Assembly: GCA_019912395.1 (NCBI GenBank)
Contig: JAIOIH010000026.1
Span: 20,812 to 84,811, forward strand
Length of the DNA stretch: 64,000 nt
Reading direction: 5' to 3'
Source of the DNA: Flavobacteriales bacterium
Lineage (GTDB): Bacteria > Bacteroidota > Bacteroidia > Flavobacteriales_F > PHOS-HE28
The notes under the pieces were generated by a model. The model was not told where the DNA came from, did no database searches, and saw nothing but the letters and a program-made list of their open reading frames with translations. Position numbers and translations under genes: made by a program. How positions within the stretch are numbered: the stretch's first letter is position 1; each line of letters starts with the position of its first letter. Below, piece after piece: positions 1 to 10,231 of the stretch.

Positions 1-592
1 GTAGACCTTGCTGTTCGCCCGCAGGGAATCCATCACCTGCGGGTCATCGGTGTCGGGAAGTGGTTTGCCGTTCGGATCGGTATACGGTTGGTTGAACGGA
101 TCGCCGCCTCCGATAAAGCCCTTGCGTTGTTCGATATTGATCTGGGTGCGCAGCAGCACTTCGCTCTTGCCGTTGGCCAGCATCTCCTTCAGCGAGGTGC
201 GGGAGCTGCCCTCCCCGCTGATGGTGACGAAGGATCGGAGCAGTTCCATCGTGGCGAGGTCCAGGCCGTCCACGGCCTGCAGTTCGTAGATGCTGATGAA
301 CTTGCCGAACCGTTGGATGTGGGCGAGGATGGCGTTGATCTGGATGTCGGTGAGCAGGTGTAGCGAACCCAGCTCCTCCGCATCGGTGCGGTTGAGGTTG
401 ATCGGATCGCCGAGCCGATCGGTGAGCTGGTCGGCCAGGGAGGAGAGGTCCAAGTCGCTCTCGTCGCCGAGCTGCTCCGCGATCACCACGATGCGTTGTT
501 CGATCAGGTCCCGCAGCTCCGGCGAGACCTCCTGCGCGCGCACGGTCATCGCGCCGATCAGCAGCGCAAGCACCAAACCCAGGCCCCGCATC
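1..592 (-). CDS. Helix-hairpin-helix (ComEA-like tandem HhH) domain protein. The 5' end is complete; the 3' end runs off the window.
   Basis: My own minus-strand translation from ATG at 592: MMRGLGLVLALLIGAMTVRAQEVSPELRDLIEQRIVVIAEQLGDESDLDLSSLADQLTDRLGDPINLNRTDAEELGSLHLLTDIQINAILAHIQRFGKFISIYELQAVDGLDLATMELL... It has a signal peptide followed by repeated HhH-like LxxxxGIxxxxAxxI motifs. It is not in the ORF track because it lacks a stop inside the window. Plus-strand ORFs 8..289, 88..363 and 290..769 are its antisense shadows. Confidence 0.45.
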
Positions 593-761
593 ATCCCGGA
601 ATATGCAATAGGATTTCCACTGTGGCCCGAAATCGCTGCGGCAGCATACGCTTCGCCCTCTTTTCCTTCGGCAGAATGGCTTGGGCTATTCCTTCTCAGT
701 GAAAGCGTCGCTGCCATTGCGATTCCGACCCTCGCGACGGATCCTACTGCATATTCCGGGG

Positions 762-1577
762 TCATTTGAAGCGGTAGTTCAGGTTCACCATCGGGGTGAG
801 GCCCAACTGGGATCGCATCACGGCGGCCAGGTCCAGGTCCAGCTGGCCCATGCGCACGCCCACGCCGAAATGGGCCTTGGTGGGGCCGGTGCTGATGCCC
901 GTGCGGAGGAAAAGTGCGGGGATCGGCCTGTATTCGATCCCCGCATGGTATTGCTCGGAGCGATCGATGTCCTTGGATACTTCGCCCGTCAGCACGACCT
1001 GATCGCTGAAGGTGTAGCCCAGCCCTGCACTGATCACCGTGGGTGCCTTCTCATCGTAAGGTCCGCCCAGGGTGGCGCGATTGGGGTTGTACAGGTGCGC
1101 GCCGATCCACAACCGTTCGGTGAGCTGTGCCTGCACGCCCAGTTCGGCGGTGATGGCACTGGTGCTGCCGTAGTCATCGCCGAGGCGGAGGTTGAGGTAG
1201 TCCAGTTGCACGCCCACGCGCAGGCCGTCGCTGAGCTTCATGGCGTATGCCAGCCCGAAGGTGCGTTGCGCGTAGAGGTCATTCCCGAAGGAATTGGCGC
1301 TGAGCGCGAAGGTGCCCTTGCCCACCGGCAACGCGAAGGCCAGACCCTGCATGGCGAGGTCCGGTGAAAGCCAATGCTGTTGGTAGTAGGCCCCGGCCAC
1401 CGCGTGTTCCAAACCGGCGAGTCCCGCTTGGTTGCCGCTCACGTTCCAGAGGTCGATCAGGGTGAGGCCCGCATTGCCCATGCCGGCGAAGCGGGCGCTC
1501 GTGGGGATATGCTCGCCCCCGGCGAGCGCAGCGGCAGGGGTCAGGGCCGCCGCCAGGAGGAAAGTGATCGTGCGCAT
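762..1577 (-). CDS. PorV/PorQ-family type IX secretion outer-membrane protein (PorQ-sized)
   Basis: Start was trimmed to the internal ATG at 1577, giving the signal peptide MRTITFLLAAALTPAAALA. The N-terminal motif SARFAGMGNAGLTL...WNVSGNQAGLAGL resembles the ARxxGMGxA...WNPAGLA signature of PorV/PorQ/UPF0164-type beta-barrels. It ends in aromatic-rich strands. Confidence 0.45.
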   Translation of the reverse strand: MRTITFLLAAALTPAAALAGGEHIPTSARFAGMGNAGLTLIDLWNVSGNQAGLAGLEHAVAGAYYQQHWLSPDLAMQGLAFALPVGKGTFALSANSFGNDLYAQRTFGLAYAMKLSDGLRVGVQLDYLNLRLGDDYGSTSAITAELGVQAQLTERLWIGAHLYNPNRATLGGPYDEKAPTVISAGLGYTFSDQVVLTGEVSKDIDRSEQYHAGIEYRPIPALFLRTGISTGPTKAHFGVGVRMGQLDLDLAAVMRSQLGLTPMVNLNYRFK

Positions 1578-1772
1578 CGGTCCGAAAGTAGGTATCCGGG
1601 GCGTTGGACGGGAAGAGCGCATGGATGTGTCAGCCGATCGGTCACCATTTCATCGGGCCCACAGCCAATGGTCGAGGGGCTTTCGTAAGGTGTGATGAAG
1701 TGACGGAGGCCAGGTTGGAGGTCCTCTTCATCATGGTCACCCGCCCCCGATCCCTACCTTCGGCCCCTGCCC

Positions 1773-2312
1773 ATGGACAAGGTCATCCTTCACGACAAGC
1801 AGTTCGAGCCCTTTATCGGTGTCGCCGAGCTGAACGCGGCCATTGAAAAGGTGGCCGAAAAGGTGGCCACCCGGTACGCGGATAGCGTGCCCTTGTTCAT
1901 GGGCGTGCTGAACGGCGGCTACTTCTTCGCCTCGGAACTGCTGAAGCGACTGCCGATCACCTGCGAGATCACCTTCGTGAAAGTGGCCAGCTACCATGGT
2001 ACCAAGAGTACGGGCACGGTAAGCCAGCTGATCGGTCTCAATGAGCGCATCACCGGTCGCCATGTGGTGGTGGTGGAGGACATCGTGGACACGGGCAACA
2101 CCATTGAGCATATCGTGGAATCGCTTCGGGAGAAGAACCCCGCCAGCATCGCCATTGCCAGCCTTTTGCTGAAGCCGGAGGTGTACAGGAAGAAGATCCC
2201 GATCGATTTCGTGGCCATGGAGATCCCCAACGTCTTCGTGGTCGGTTCGGGCCTGGACCATGACGGGCTGGGGCGGAACCTGCCGGGGATCTATCGGATC
2301 GTGAATAACTGA
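1773..2312 (+). CDS. hpt: Hypoxanthine phosphoribosyltransferase
   Basis: 179 aa. PRPP-binding motif VVVVEDIVDTGNT. The fold and length are typical of Hpt. Confidence 0.9.
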   Translation: MDKVILHDKQFEPFIGVAELNAAIEKVAEKVATRYADSVPLFMGVLNGGYFFASELLKRLPITCEITFVKVASYHGTKSTGTVSQLIGLNERITGRHVVVVEDIVDTGNTIEHIVESLREKNPASIAIASLLLKPEVYRKKIPIDFVAMEIPNVFVVGSGLDHDGLGRNLPGIYRIVNN

Positions 2313-2345
2313 ACCAATGCCAGCGCCGGGCCTCGGCGTGTACGG

Positions 2346-2921
2346 ATGAAGAAAACGAACATCGTGCTTTTCGGCCCTCCGGGGGCGGGCAAGGGCACGC
2401 AGAGCAAGTTCCTGACGGAACGCTACGGACTGGAACACCTGAGCACCGGTGACCTGCTGCGCGCGGAGATCCATGCGGAAACACCGCTGGGCCTGCAAGC
2501 GCGGGAGCTGATGAGCGCCGGCGAACTGGTGCCCGACGAGATCGTGGTGGGCATGATCAAGAACCTCCTGGAGGAAAGCCCCGATGCAAAGGGCTTCATC
2601 TTCGATGGCTTTCCGCGCACGCGCGCACAGGCCGAGGCATTGGACGCCACCTTGGAAAAGATCGGCAGCGACATCACCCTGATGCTCGCCCTGGAAGTGG
2701 AGGAGGAGGAGCTGGTGAAGCGCCTGCTGGGGCGCGGTGCCACCAGCGGCAGGCCGGACGACAAGAGCGAGGAGGTGGTGCGCAAGCGCATCCGCGAGTA
2801 CGAGGAGAAGACCGCGCCCTTGAAGGACTACTACAACGCCCAAGGGAAGTTGCGCAAGATCAATGGTGTCGGGAGCATTGCGGAGATCACTGCGCGGCTC
2901 ACCACCGCTATCGACGGGTAG
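2346..2921 (+). CDS. adk: Adenylate kinase
   Basis: 191 aa. P-loop GPPGAGKGTQ. Also GDLLRAE and GFIFDGFPRT motifs. Confidence 0.93.
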   Translation: MKKTNIVLFGPPGAGKGTQSKFLTERYGLEHLSTGDLLRAEIHAETPLGLQARELMSAGELVPDEIVVGMIKNLLEESPDAKGFIFDGFPRTRAQAEALDATLEKIGSDITLMLALEVEEEELVKRLLGRGATSGRPDDKSEEVVRKRIREYEEKTAPLKDYYNAQGKLRKINGVGSIAEITARLTTAIDG

Positions 2922-3047
2922 GCGCGATCGTCTCTTGCCCGGGTGCCCGTTTCCCCGGGAAAATAGCGCGTTGGATGGAACGCTTCATGGAAACCCCTGC
3001 ACCGGTCGCAAATCCATTCCTCGCGGTCATTCACCACCTTTGCGCCC

Positions 3048-4073
3048 ATGTCCTCCGCGAACTTCATCGACCAGATCCGCATCGAGTGCCGCTCGGGAAA
3101 GGGCGGTGCGGGCAGCCGCCACATGCGGCGCGAGAAGTACATTCCCAAGGGCGGCCCCGACGGTGGTGACGGCGGGCGCGGCGGGCATATCATCCTGCGG
3201 GCCAACCCGCAGCTTTGGACGCTGCTGCACCTGCGCTACACCAAGCATGTGATCGCCAAGGACGGTGAGAGCGGCAGCGGTAACCAGAGCAGCGGCCGCA
3301 TGGGGGAGGACCGCATCATCGAAGTGCCGCTGGGCACGGTGGCGAAGGACCCCGATACCGGCGAGATCTTCTGCGAGATCACCGAACCCGGCCAAGAGCT
3401 GATCTTGCTGGAAGGCGGGCGCGGCGGCTTGGGCAACCAGCATTTCCACAGCTCCACCTTCCAGACGCCCCGTTTCGCGCAGCCCGGTGAGCCGGGCTTG
3501 GAGAAATGGATCGTACTGGAATTGAAGATACTGGCCGATGTGGGCCTGGTGGGCTTCCCCAACGCGGGAAAGAGCACCCTGCTCTCGGTGGTAAGTGCGG
3601 CCAAGCCGAAGATCGCCGATTACCCGTTCACCACGTTGGTGCCCAATCTCGGCATCGTCCCATACCGGGACGGCAAGAGCTTTGTGATGGCGGACATTCC
3701 GGGGATCATCGAAGGCGCGCACGAGGGCAAGGGCATCGGTCTGCGCTTTCTGCGCCACATCGAGCGCAACAGTGTGCTGCTCTTCATGGTGCCTGCGGAC
3801 AGCCCGGACATCAAGGCCGAGTACCACGTGCTTTTGAACGAGCTGAGGCAGTACTCGCCGGAGCTACTGGACAAGGAACGCATCCTGGCGGTGACCAAGT
3901 GCGACATGCTTGACGATGAACTGGCAGCAGCCGTGCGCAAGGAACTGCCCAAGGGCATCGACCATGTGCTCATCAGCTCGGTGGCGAACCAGGGACTGGA
4001 CCGCTTGAAGGACATGATCTGGACAAAGATCCACACCACCCTGGAGCCGGAGCCACCACCCAGCCGCTTTTGA
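3048..4073 (+). CDS. obg: GTPase Obg
   Basis: 341 aa. Glycine-rich Obg fold N-terminus (GGDGGRGG). G-domain [22 protein letters not shown]. Confidence 0.93.
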   Translation: MSSANFIDQIRIECRSGKGGAGSRHMRREKYIPKGGPDGGDGGRGGHIILRANPQLWTLLHLRYTKHVIAKDGESGSGNQSSGRMGEDRIIEVPLGTVAKDPDTGEIFCEITEPGQELILLEGGRGGLGNQHFHSSTFQTPRFAQPGEPGLEKWIVLELKILADVGLVGFPNAGKSTLLSVVSAAKPKIADYPFTTLVPNLGIVPYRDGKSFVMADIPGIIEGAHEGKGIGLRFLRHIERNSVLLFMVPADSPDIKAEYHVLLNELRQYSPELLDKERILAVTKCDMLDDELAAAVRKELPKGIDHVLISSVANQGLDRLKDMIWTKIHTTLEPEPPPSRF

Positions 4074-4654
4074 TGGCGTGGACCGATGCCATACTTGCCG
4101 CCGACCGCACGGCCTTCCTGGCAGTGAACGGTGCGCATTCCGCCGTGGCCGATGTATGGATGAGCTACCTGAGCGAGCCCACGCTCTGGGTCCCGTTGTA
4201 CGTGCTCTTCCTGGTGCTGATCAAGCTGCGCTGGGGTTGGCGTGGCCTCTGGTGGTCCCTGCCCGTGGCGGCGTTGATGGTCTTCTGCAGCGATACCGGT
4301 TCTGTGGTGCTCTTCAAGAACACCGTGCAGCGGCTGCGCCCGTGCCATGCCGCGGACCTGCAAGGGCTGGTCCACCTGGTGAACGACCATTGCGGCGGGA
4401 AGTACGGCTTCATCTCCTCCCATGCGGCCAATCATTTCGCACTGGCCGTCTTCATGGCCGGGATGTTGCGCCGCGATCCCTGGTGGTCGCTGCCGTCCCT
4501 GCTGGTCTGGGCGGGACTGGTGGCGTACAGCCGCATCTATCTGGGAGCGCATTACCCCGGCGATGTGATCGTTGGGGCGCTCTACGGTTCGCTGATCGGG
4601 GGGCTGGCCTACGGGCTGTTCCGCACCATTCACCAACGCACCGGTGAGCGATGA
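4073..4654 (+). CDS. PAP2-family phosphatase (phosphatidic acid phosphatase type 2 / undecaprenyl-PP phosphatase-like)
   Basis: PAP2 motifs KxxxxxxRP (QRLRPCH), SSH (FISSHAAN) and SRxxxxxHxxxD (SRIYLGAHYPGDV). Several TM helices. The ATG at 4073 overlaps the obg stop (TGATG). The track starts it at a TTG at 4070. Confidence 0.8.
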   Translation: MAWTDAILAADRTAFLAVNGAHSAVADVWMSYLSEPTLWVPLYVLFLVLIKLRWGWRGLWWSLPVAALMVFCSDTGSVVLFKNTVQRLRPCHAADLQGLVHLVNDHCGGKYGFISSHAANHFALAVFMAGMLRRDPWWSLPSLLVWAGLVAYSRIYLGAHYPGDVIVGALYGSLIGGLAYGLFRTIHQRTGER

Positions 4655-5019
4655 ACGTTTGGGGCGCGGTATTCCTGGGCGGCGGCATCGGCAGCCTGAT
4701 GCGCTACGGTATCACACGGCTGTTGCTGGCGTTGGATCTGCGCGGGGCATTTCCGTGGGCCACCTTGTTGGCCAATGTCATCAGCGTGATCATCCTTTCC
4801 TGGATGATCCTGCGGATGTCCGGGCACTTTCAGCAACGCCCCGTGCTCAGCGCCTTCATCACCGTGGGCATCTGTGGTGGCTTCAGCACGTTCAGCACCT
4901 TCAGCTACGAGAATTTTCTCCTCTTCCGGGAGGGCATGCCCGGCATGGCCATTGCCAACATCCTGGTGAACGTGGTGGCCTGCCTGGCCATCTTTGTCCT
5001 GATCGCCCGGCACACATGA
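4651..5019 (+). CDS. crcB: Fluoride ion channel CrcB/FluC
   Basis: 122 aa with 4 TM helices. Typical CrcB GGxGSxxRY and GxxGGFSTFSTF motifs. The ATGA overlaps the PAP2 stop. Confidence 0.85.
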   Translation: MNVWGAVFLGGGIGSLMRYGITRLLLALDLRGAFPWATLLANVISVIILSWMILRMSGHFQQRPVLSAFITVGICGGFSTFSTFSYENFLLFREGMPGMAIANILVNVVACLAIFVLIARHT

Positions 5020-6629
5020 GAACCCTTCTTTCCACTGGCCTTGCTTTGTTGTCCCTTGCACTTATTGCCCAGGAACCACGCTGGGCCTCGCCGCCCAAGC
5101 TGGTGGTGGGCATCGTGGTGGACCAGATGCGCGTGGACAACATCTACCGCTATTGGGGCAACTTCGGTGACGGAGGTTTTCGGCGATTGGTGCGCGAGGG
5201 ATCCTTCCAGCGCGACGTCCATTTCAACTACGTGCCCACCCAGACCGGGCCCGGCCATGCCAGCATCTACACCGGCACCACCCCGGCGCGCCACGGCATT
5301 GTGGCGAACGATAGGTATGACCGCTCGACGAGGCGTACCATTTATTGCGCCCTGGACGCCTCGGTAACACCCGTGGGTACGGAGAGCAGCCGTGCGCAGC
5401 GATCTCCCGGGCAACTGCTTGCCACCACCTTGGCGGATGAACTGGAGCTGCGTACCGACCGCCGCTCGCGCACGGTGGGCATCGCGATGAAGGACCGGTC
5501 GGCCATCATGCCCATGGGGCGCATGGGGGATGCCGCCTACTGGTATGTCGGTGGCGATGAAGGGAAGTTCATCACGAGTTCCTGGTACATGAAGCAGTTG
5601 CCCAAGTGGGTGGAAACCTTCAATGAAAAACGGCTGGCCGCCAAGTACATGGACCAAACGTGGGACATGGCATTGCCCCGTGACCGCTATCACACGCCGC
5701 TGCCCGATGTCAATCCATACGAGGAGTCCTGGGGGAATGGCATCGCGCCTTCACTTCCCCTTGACATGGCCGCATTGAGCAAGGGAGGAACGAACCTGAG
5801 CCTGCTTCCCTACATCCCTTGGGGCAACACGCTCACCACCGACATGGCCATCGCCGCGATAGAGGGGGATTCCCTGGGCGCGGACCATGTGACGGACCTG
5901 TTGGCCGTGAGCTACGGCAGCATCGATGAGCTGCAGCATGCCATGGGGCAACGTTCCGTGGAAGGGGAGGATGCCTATGTCCGCTTGGATCGTGACCTGG
6001 ACCGTTTGCTGACCTTCCTGGACAAGCAGGTCGGTGCAGGCGAATACACGGTCTTCCTCACCGCTGACCATGGCGGGGCCGATGTCCCGGCCTATTTGCG
6101 CGACCTGAAGGGCAGTGCGGGATACACGTCCATGGTCGAACTCCGTTCGTGGCTGGGCGGGCGGGGCTTTGCGGCGGCGATCGATACGATCAAGAAGGAC
6201 CAGATCTACCTGGTGCCCAGTGCCGCGCCGGGTACGGCGGATGCCATGGCCAAGGTGTTGAACGAGCATCCGGCGATCGCCTATGCGGTAAGCGCGGACC
6301 GCTTGCTGGAAGCCCCTGAATTCTCCGGCTATGCCAAGGCGATCGCCAACGGCTTCATGCGGCAGCGTTGTGGTGATGTGGTTTTTGCGATGCAACCGGG
6401 CTTCCTGCGCAGTTATCCGGAATGGGACGGCAAGGGTTCGGACCATGGAACGGCCTGGAACTACGACACCCAGGTGCCCGTGATCTTCTTCGGCAAGGGC
6501 GTGGCCAAGGGGGAAGTGCTGCGCCGGACCTCCATCACGGACGTAGTTCCCACCGTGTGTGCGATCATCGGCATGGCGCTGCCGAACGCTGCGGACGGGC
6601 AGGCGGTGCCGGAGGCTGTACAGCACTGA
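5016..6629 (+). CDS. Alkaline-phosphatase-superfamily enzyme (nucleotide pyrophosphatase / phosphodiesterase-like, PafA-like)
   Basis: Start was trimmed to ATG 5016, which overlaps the crcB stop (ATGA) and gives the signal peptide MRTLLSTGLALLSLALIAQ. The NPP/AP core motif PTQTGPGHASIYTGTTP has a Thr nucleophile. Length is about 537 aa. The track ORF starting at 4644 is a GTG-extended artifact overlapping crcB. Confidence 0.8.
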   Translation: MRTLLSTGLALLSLALIAQEPRWASPPKLVVGIVVDQMRVDNIYRYWGNFGDGGFRRLVREGSFQRDVHFNYVPTQTGPGHASIYTGTTPARHGIVANDRYDRSTRRTIYCALDASVTPVGTESSRAQRSPGQLLATTLADELELRTDRRSRTVGIAMKDRSAIMPMGRMGDAAYWYVGGDEGKFITSSWYMKQLPKWVETFNEKRLAAKYMDQTWDMALPRDRYHTPLPDVNPYEESWGNGIAPSLPLDMAALSKGGTNLSLLPYIPWGNTLTTDMAIAAIEGDSLGADHVTDLLAVSYGSIDELQHAMGQRSVEGEDAYVRLDRDLDRLLTFLDKQVGAGEYTVFLTADHGGADVPAYLRDLKGSAGYTSMVELRSWLGGRGFAAAIDTIKKDQIYLVPSAAPGTADAMAKVLNEHPAIAYAVSADRLLEAPEFSGYAKAIANGFMRQRCGDVVFAMQPGFLRSYPEWDGKGSDHGTAWNYDTQVPVIFFGKGVAKGEVLRRTSITDVVPTVCAIIGMALPNAADGQAVPEAVQH

Positions 6630-6768
6630 TCCGCGTTATTCGGATATCGGGATGGTAAGCATGTTGCTCCAATGACCTCGTGTCAGTCGGGTAATGGTGC
6701 GTTCATCCGACTTTTCGGCACCGGGGGACTGGCGCGGCGTTGCGTGGTGATCTAAGTTAGCTCCGTCA

Positions 6769-8121
6769 ATGCCACCGCACCTTCTCCTCCGGGGGATCAC
6801 CTTCTTCCTGCTCATCGGCTCCTTTACCCTTCTGGAGGCCCAATCCACCTTGTCGCTCCTGGCGTTGGGGACATCGGATTCCATTGCCGTTACGGTCTAT
6901 GCGGGTGATCCGGAGGAGGGGGTCCCCGTGCTCCGCGCGGACTGGACTGGAATGGAGGGGAACACCCCGGGTTTCCGTCTTGATCGGCTGAAGAATTTCG
7001 GGACAGGACACGCCATCGCGCTGAGCGAATTGATCGTTGCCGGTGTGGAACAGTATCTCGATCAGCGGATCCACTTCACGCGCAACGGCGTGCGCACGGA
7101 CATCCCGGTGGCCGGGCTTATCCAGGGTATCGACAAGATGATCGCCTTGTCCGCGTCCCATGTCGGCGCACCTGCGGTGGGACTGTCCGAGGCCACGCAA
7201 AAGCAGCTGGCACGGGTTAGCGGCATTGATTGGAGCCAAGCCAGTTTCGGAGTGGATGGCGGGGAGGACCAGGAGAAGTACTTGGCCATCTCCTTCTATG
7301 TCCGCGCCCAGCGGCAGGAACTGGAGCGACAGTTGCGCAACGACCTGATCCCCTTGTCCGGCATTCGGCCCCTGCTTGCACAGGAGGGGTCCATCGGCAC
7401 GGTCGATAGGAGTGAGCAGGTGCCCACGGTGTGCAGCACGGTGTTCGACGACGACAATTTCCTCTGCGCCCTGGACCTGCGGGTGGACAGTGATGCGGCC
7501 ATGCCGGATGTACGGCTCACCGATGCGATGCTCACGGATATCGCCTCCAAGGCGGAAACCTTCCGGAGCACGGAGCCCGAACCCAAACTGCGCAAGCGGG
7601 ACCGCTGGTTGAAGGCGGAGCTGGACGCCATCAACCGCAGGATCGATCAGAGCGACCAGCGCAAGGAACTCTGGGTACTGCGTGATCGGATGGACGACAT
7701 GGAGGGGCGATTGGATGATATCGGCATGCAGGTGGACGAGCTGAACCGGGAACGCACCCTTTCCGGCACTACGGAAAACCCGGTGGCCAACCTGAGCGCA
7801 CTGGTGGGTCGGAACGTCACCGTTCATTTTGCCAGAGGCTCCTCGGAGCTGGGCACCACGGAGAAGGCCCTGCTCAATGAGGTGGTGCGGGCCATGGGGT
7901 TGGCCCCGGAAGGTCGGGTCCTGGTGACCGGTTACGCGGACCGCAGCGGATCGCCCGCCCTGAACCTGGCCCTCAGTGAGCGGCGGGCGAAAGCGGTACG
8001 GAACTATCTGCTCCTGCACGGCATTGGCGGTGAGCGCGTGCTGTTGAACTATTTCGGTGCCAGCCAAAGCTCCGGCACGGACCCTGCAGAGCGCCGGGTG
8101 GAGCTGGAGTGGGTCCGTTAG
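6769..8121 (+). CDS. OmpA-family protein (secreted, coiled-coil middle, C-terminal OmpA peptidoglycan-binding domain)
   Basis: Signal peptide. C-terminal OmpA_C motif VTGYADRSGSPALNLALSERRAKAVRNYL. Coiled-coil stretch RKELWVLRDRMDDMEGRLDDIGMQVDELNRER. Confidence 0.75.
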   Translation: MPPHLLLRGITFFLLIGSFTLLEAQSTLSLLALGTSDSIAVTVYAGDPEEGVPVLRADWTGMEGNTPGFRLDRLKNFGTGHAIALSELIVAGVEQYLDQRIHFTRNGVRTDIPVAGLIQGIDKMIALSASHVGAPAVGLSEATQKQLARVSGIDWSQASFGVDGGEDQEKYLAISFYVRAQRQELERQLRNDLIPLSGIRPLLAQEGSIGTVDRSEQVPTVCSTVFDDDNFLCALDLRVDSDAAMPDVRLTDAMLTDIASKAETFRSTEPEPKLRKRDRWLKAELDAINRRIDQSDQRKELWVLRDRMDDMEGRLDDIGMQVDELNRERTLSGTTENPVANLSALVGRNVTVHFARGSSELGTTEKALLNEVVRAMGLAPEGRVLVTGYADRSGSPALNLALSERRAKAVRNYLLLHGIGGERVLLNYFGASQSSGTDPAERRVELEWVR

Positions 8122-9824
8122 CGGGCGATCGTTCCGCTACCGTGACGGTTAGTGCGAAAGGTCACTTCCACAGCGGTGCCTCCATCGTTCAAAATGCGCA
8201 GTGTGCCATCCAATTGATCGGCCAGGGCCTCCACCACTTCCAGGCCGAGGTGCGTGTCCTTCACCGATCGCGGATCGAGGCCTTTGCCGTTGTCCTTCAC
8301 CATCAGGATGAAGGAGCCATCGTCGGCAGTTCGTACCGTGATGGATATGTGGCCGCCTGTGGAGGGGAACGCATGTTGATGGCAGTTGGCGAGCAGCTCG
8401 CACAGGATCATGCCCAGCTGGATGCTGGTATCGGCATCGCATCGGATGCCTGCCGCATCCACACTGTGGCTCACCGAGCGGCTCTCCGGTTCGAACATGG
8501 CGGCAAGGGCCTTGGCCAGATCGTCGAGGAAAACACCCAGGTCCACGGCGGAAAGGTCCTTCTGGCGGTAGAGCTTATGGTGTACCAGGGCCATGGAATC
8601 GATCCGCCTCTTGCCGCGCATGAACTCGCTCCGGGCCTCAGCGCCGGGCACCCGCTGGGCCTGTAGGTTGAGCAGGCTGCTCACCACCTGCAGATTGTTC
8701 TTCACCCGGTGATGGACCTCACGGTCCAGCACTTCCCGCTCACCGATCGCTTGGGCCAAATTGCGGGCTTGCAGGTGTGAGCGGCGCTCCTGGCGCAGCA
8801 CGCGCCTTTCCGCGCTGCGGCTCTGGATGAACACCAGTGCCAGCATCAGGCCCAGCAACAGGAGCAGCCCCAGCACGGCCAGTAGGCCGATGCGCCCCTC
8901 GCCGATCCAGCGTTCAATACCCTCAAAGCCGATCAAGATCCCGGTATGGAATCGTGTACCGTTCAATTGCACGGGAATGATCCGCCCCACCCAGCGCTGA
9001 TCGCCCAACGAGGTCCGGAAGATGTTCGTGGAGTGGTCGGCACGCCGGTCGTTCAACACCTGCGTCCACACCCGCCCGATGGTGGAAGTGTCGATGAGGC
9101 TCAGGGAGCGCCATTTCGAGTCCAACAGCACGGTCGCGATGTCCGGTGTCCATTGGTTCAGGTCCGCCAGCATGGCATCCCCGGCGATGTCGAAGTGGAG
9201 GATCCCGAACGCTCCGTTGTCGGAATTCCTGCGGATGAGCATGGAGAGATGCAGGATCAGGGTCTCTCCGGGATCCTCGCTCTCGGACCACACCGGCCCA
9301 TCCTTCCGGTTCTCCAGTGCATGGCTGAACCAGATCGCTCCCCGGGGATCCGTCCGTGCAGGAACGGTATCCGGCAATGGCGGTTCCACGCCGTTGATGG
9401 GCCACAGGGTCATCAGCGTGAGCGGTTCGTCCGTGCTCCGGTCGCTCTTGATGAAGCGCCACTTGCTGCCCGCACGCTGAAGAACCCGTTCGTTGCCCTG
9501 ATCGTCGGACAGGCCGATGGCGCGGATGGCATAGCGGTTGCGCATCAGGGGCAGCCATCGCCGGAGCAGGGCGGCATCATCGATCGTATCCTCTTGCCTG
9601 ATCCGGTCGGCCTGCTGTTCCATGTCCCACGTGTAGGTGCGGGTGATCAACTTCACGCGTTCCTCCTGGCTCTCCAATGCCCGGGCCAGCATCAGCATTC
9701 CCAAGCGCTCACCGCGCTCCTTGGTATTGGCCAGTACACGGGCCAGCATGGCCAAAGTGAGGACCATCAGTACGGAGATACCGATGATCAGCCATCGCTC
9801 GGAGATGAACCAGGGTTTCGCCAT
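8118..9824 (-). CDS. Sensor histidine kinase (HisKA_2/HWE-like) with periplasmic sensor domain
   Basis: Two TM segments flank a roughly 280-aa periplasmic region. H-box EVHHRVKNNLQVVSSLLNLQ. HATPase_c G-boxes (VKDNGKGL, GLGLEVVEALADQL). No adjacent response regulator. Confidence 0.8.
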   Translation of the reverse strand: MAKPWFISERWLIIGISVLMVLTLAMLARVLANTKERGERLGMLMLARALESQEERVKLITRTYTWDMEQQADRIRQEDTIDDAALLRRWLPLMRNRYAIRAIGLSDDQGNERVLQRAGSKWRFIKSDRSTDEPLTLMTLWPINGVEPPLPDTVPARTDPRGAIWFSHALENRKDGPVWSESEDPGETLILHLSMLIRRNSDNGAFGILHFDIAGDAMLADLNQWTPDIATVLLDSKWRSLSLIDTSTIGRVWTQVLNDRRADHSTNIFRTSLGDQRWVGRIIPVQLNGTRFHTGILIGFEGIERWIGEGRIGLLAVLGLLLLLGLMLALVFIQSRSAERRVLRQERRSHLQARNLAQAIGEREVLDREVHHRVKNNLQVVSSLLNLQAQRVPGAEARSEFMRGKRRIDSMALVHHKLYRQKDLSAVDLGVFLDDLAKALAAMFEPESRSVSHSVDAAGIRCDADTSIQLGMILCELLANCHQHAFPSTGGHISITVRTADDGSFILMVKDNGKGLDPRSVKDTHLGLEVVEALADQLDGTLRILNDGGTAVEVTFRTNRHGSGTIAR

Positions 9825-9841
9825 GGGGAAGCGGGCAGGGT

Positions 9842-10231
9842 TCAGGGGCAGGCCGGTTCCTGTTCCACGGTGAATTCAGTGAGCTGCACCTTGGTGTCGG
9901 GACTGGCCGCTTGCTCGGGGGTGATCTGGCGGGGGATGAAGTAGATGCCGTTCAGCTTTCCATTGAAGGTGCGGCCCGCCGGGATGCAGGTGTCCGCCGT
10001 GAACTCCTCCACCGTGAAGGCTTGGTAGTACAGGTCCAAGCCCAGGTGCAATCGCTGGGCGGACGGGCTTTCGTTCGCGATCTTCAATAGGAGTTCACTG
10101 GGCTTGCCCGGCTTGTGGTTCCAGCGGTAGCTCACCGCTACGCCATCCTTTTCACCCCCTTGAATGAATTGGGGGGCCTTGCAGGATGTAATGCCAAGGA
10201 GGAAGAGAAGAAGGGTTGGAATTGCTTTCAT
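9842..10231 (-). CDS. Hypothetical lipoprotein
   Basis: Signal peptide plus lipobox [17 protein letters not shown]. 129 aa. Same strand, between ltaE and the kinase. Confidence 0.5.
   Translation of the reverse strand: MKAIPTLLLFLLGITSCKAPQFIQGGEKDGVAVSYRWNHKPGKPSELLLKIANESPSAQRLHLGLDLYYQAFTVEEFTADTCIPAGRTFNGKLNGIYFIPRQITPEQAASPDTKVQLTEFTVEQEPACP

Noticed and set aside
1737-2843. 368-aa minus-strand ORF spanning hpt and adk
   Set aside because: Shadow ORF opposite two well-conserved housekeeping genes.
4644-5016. Track's GTG-extended start of the alkaline-phosphatase-family gene, overlapping crcB
   Set aside because: A signal peptide begins at ATG 5016, which overlaps the crcB stop (ATGA). 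The upstream extension would sit entirely inside crcB in another frame.
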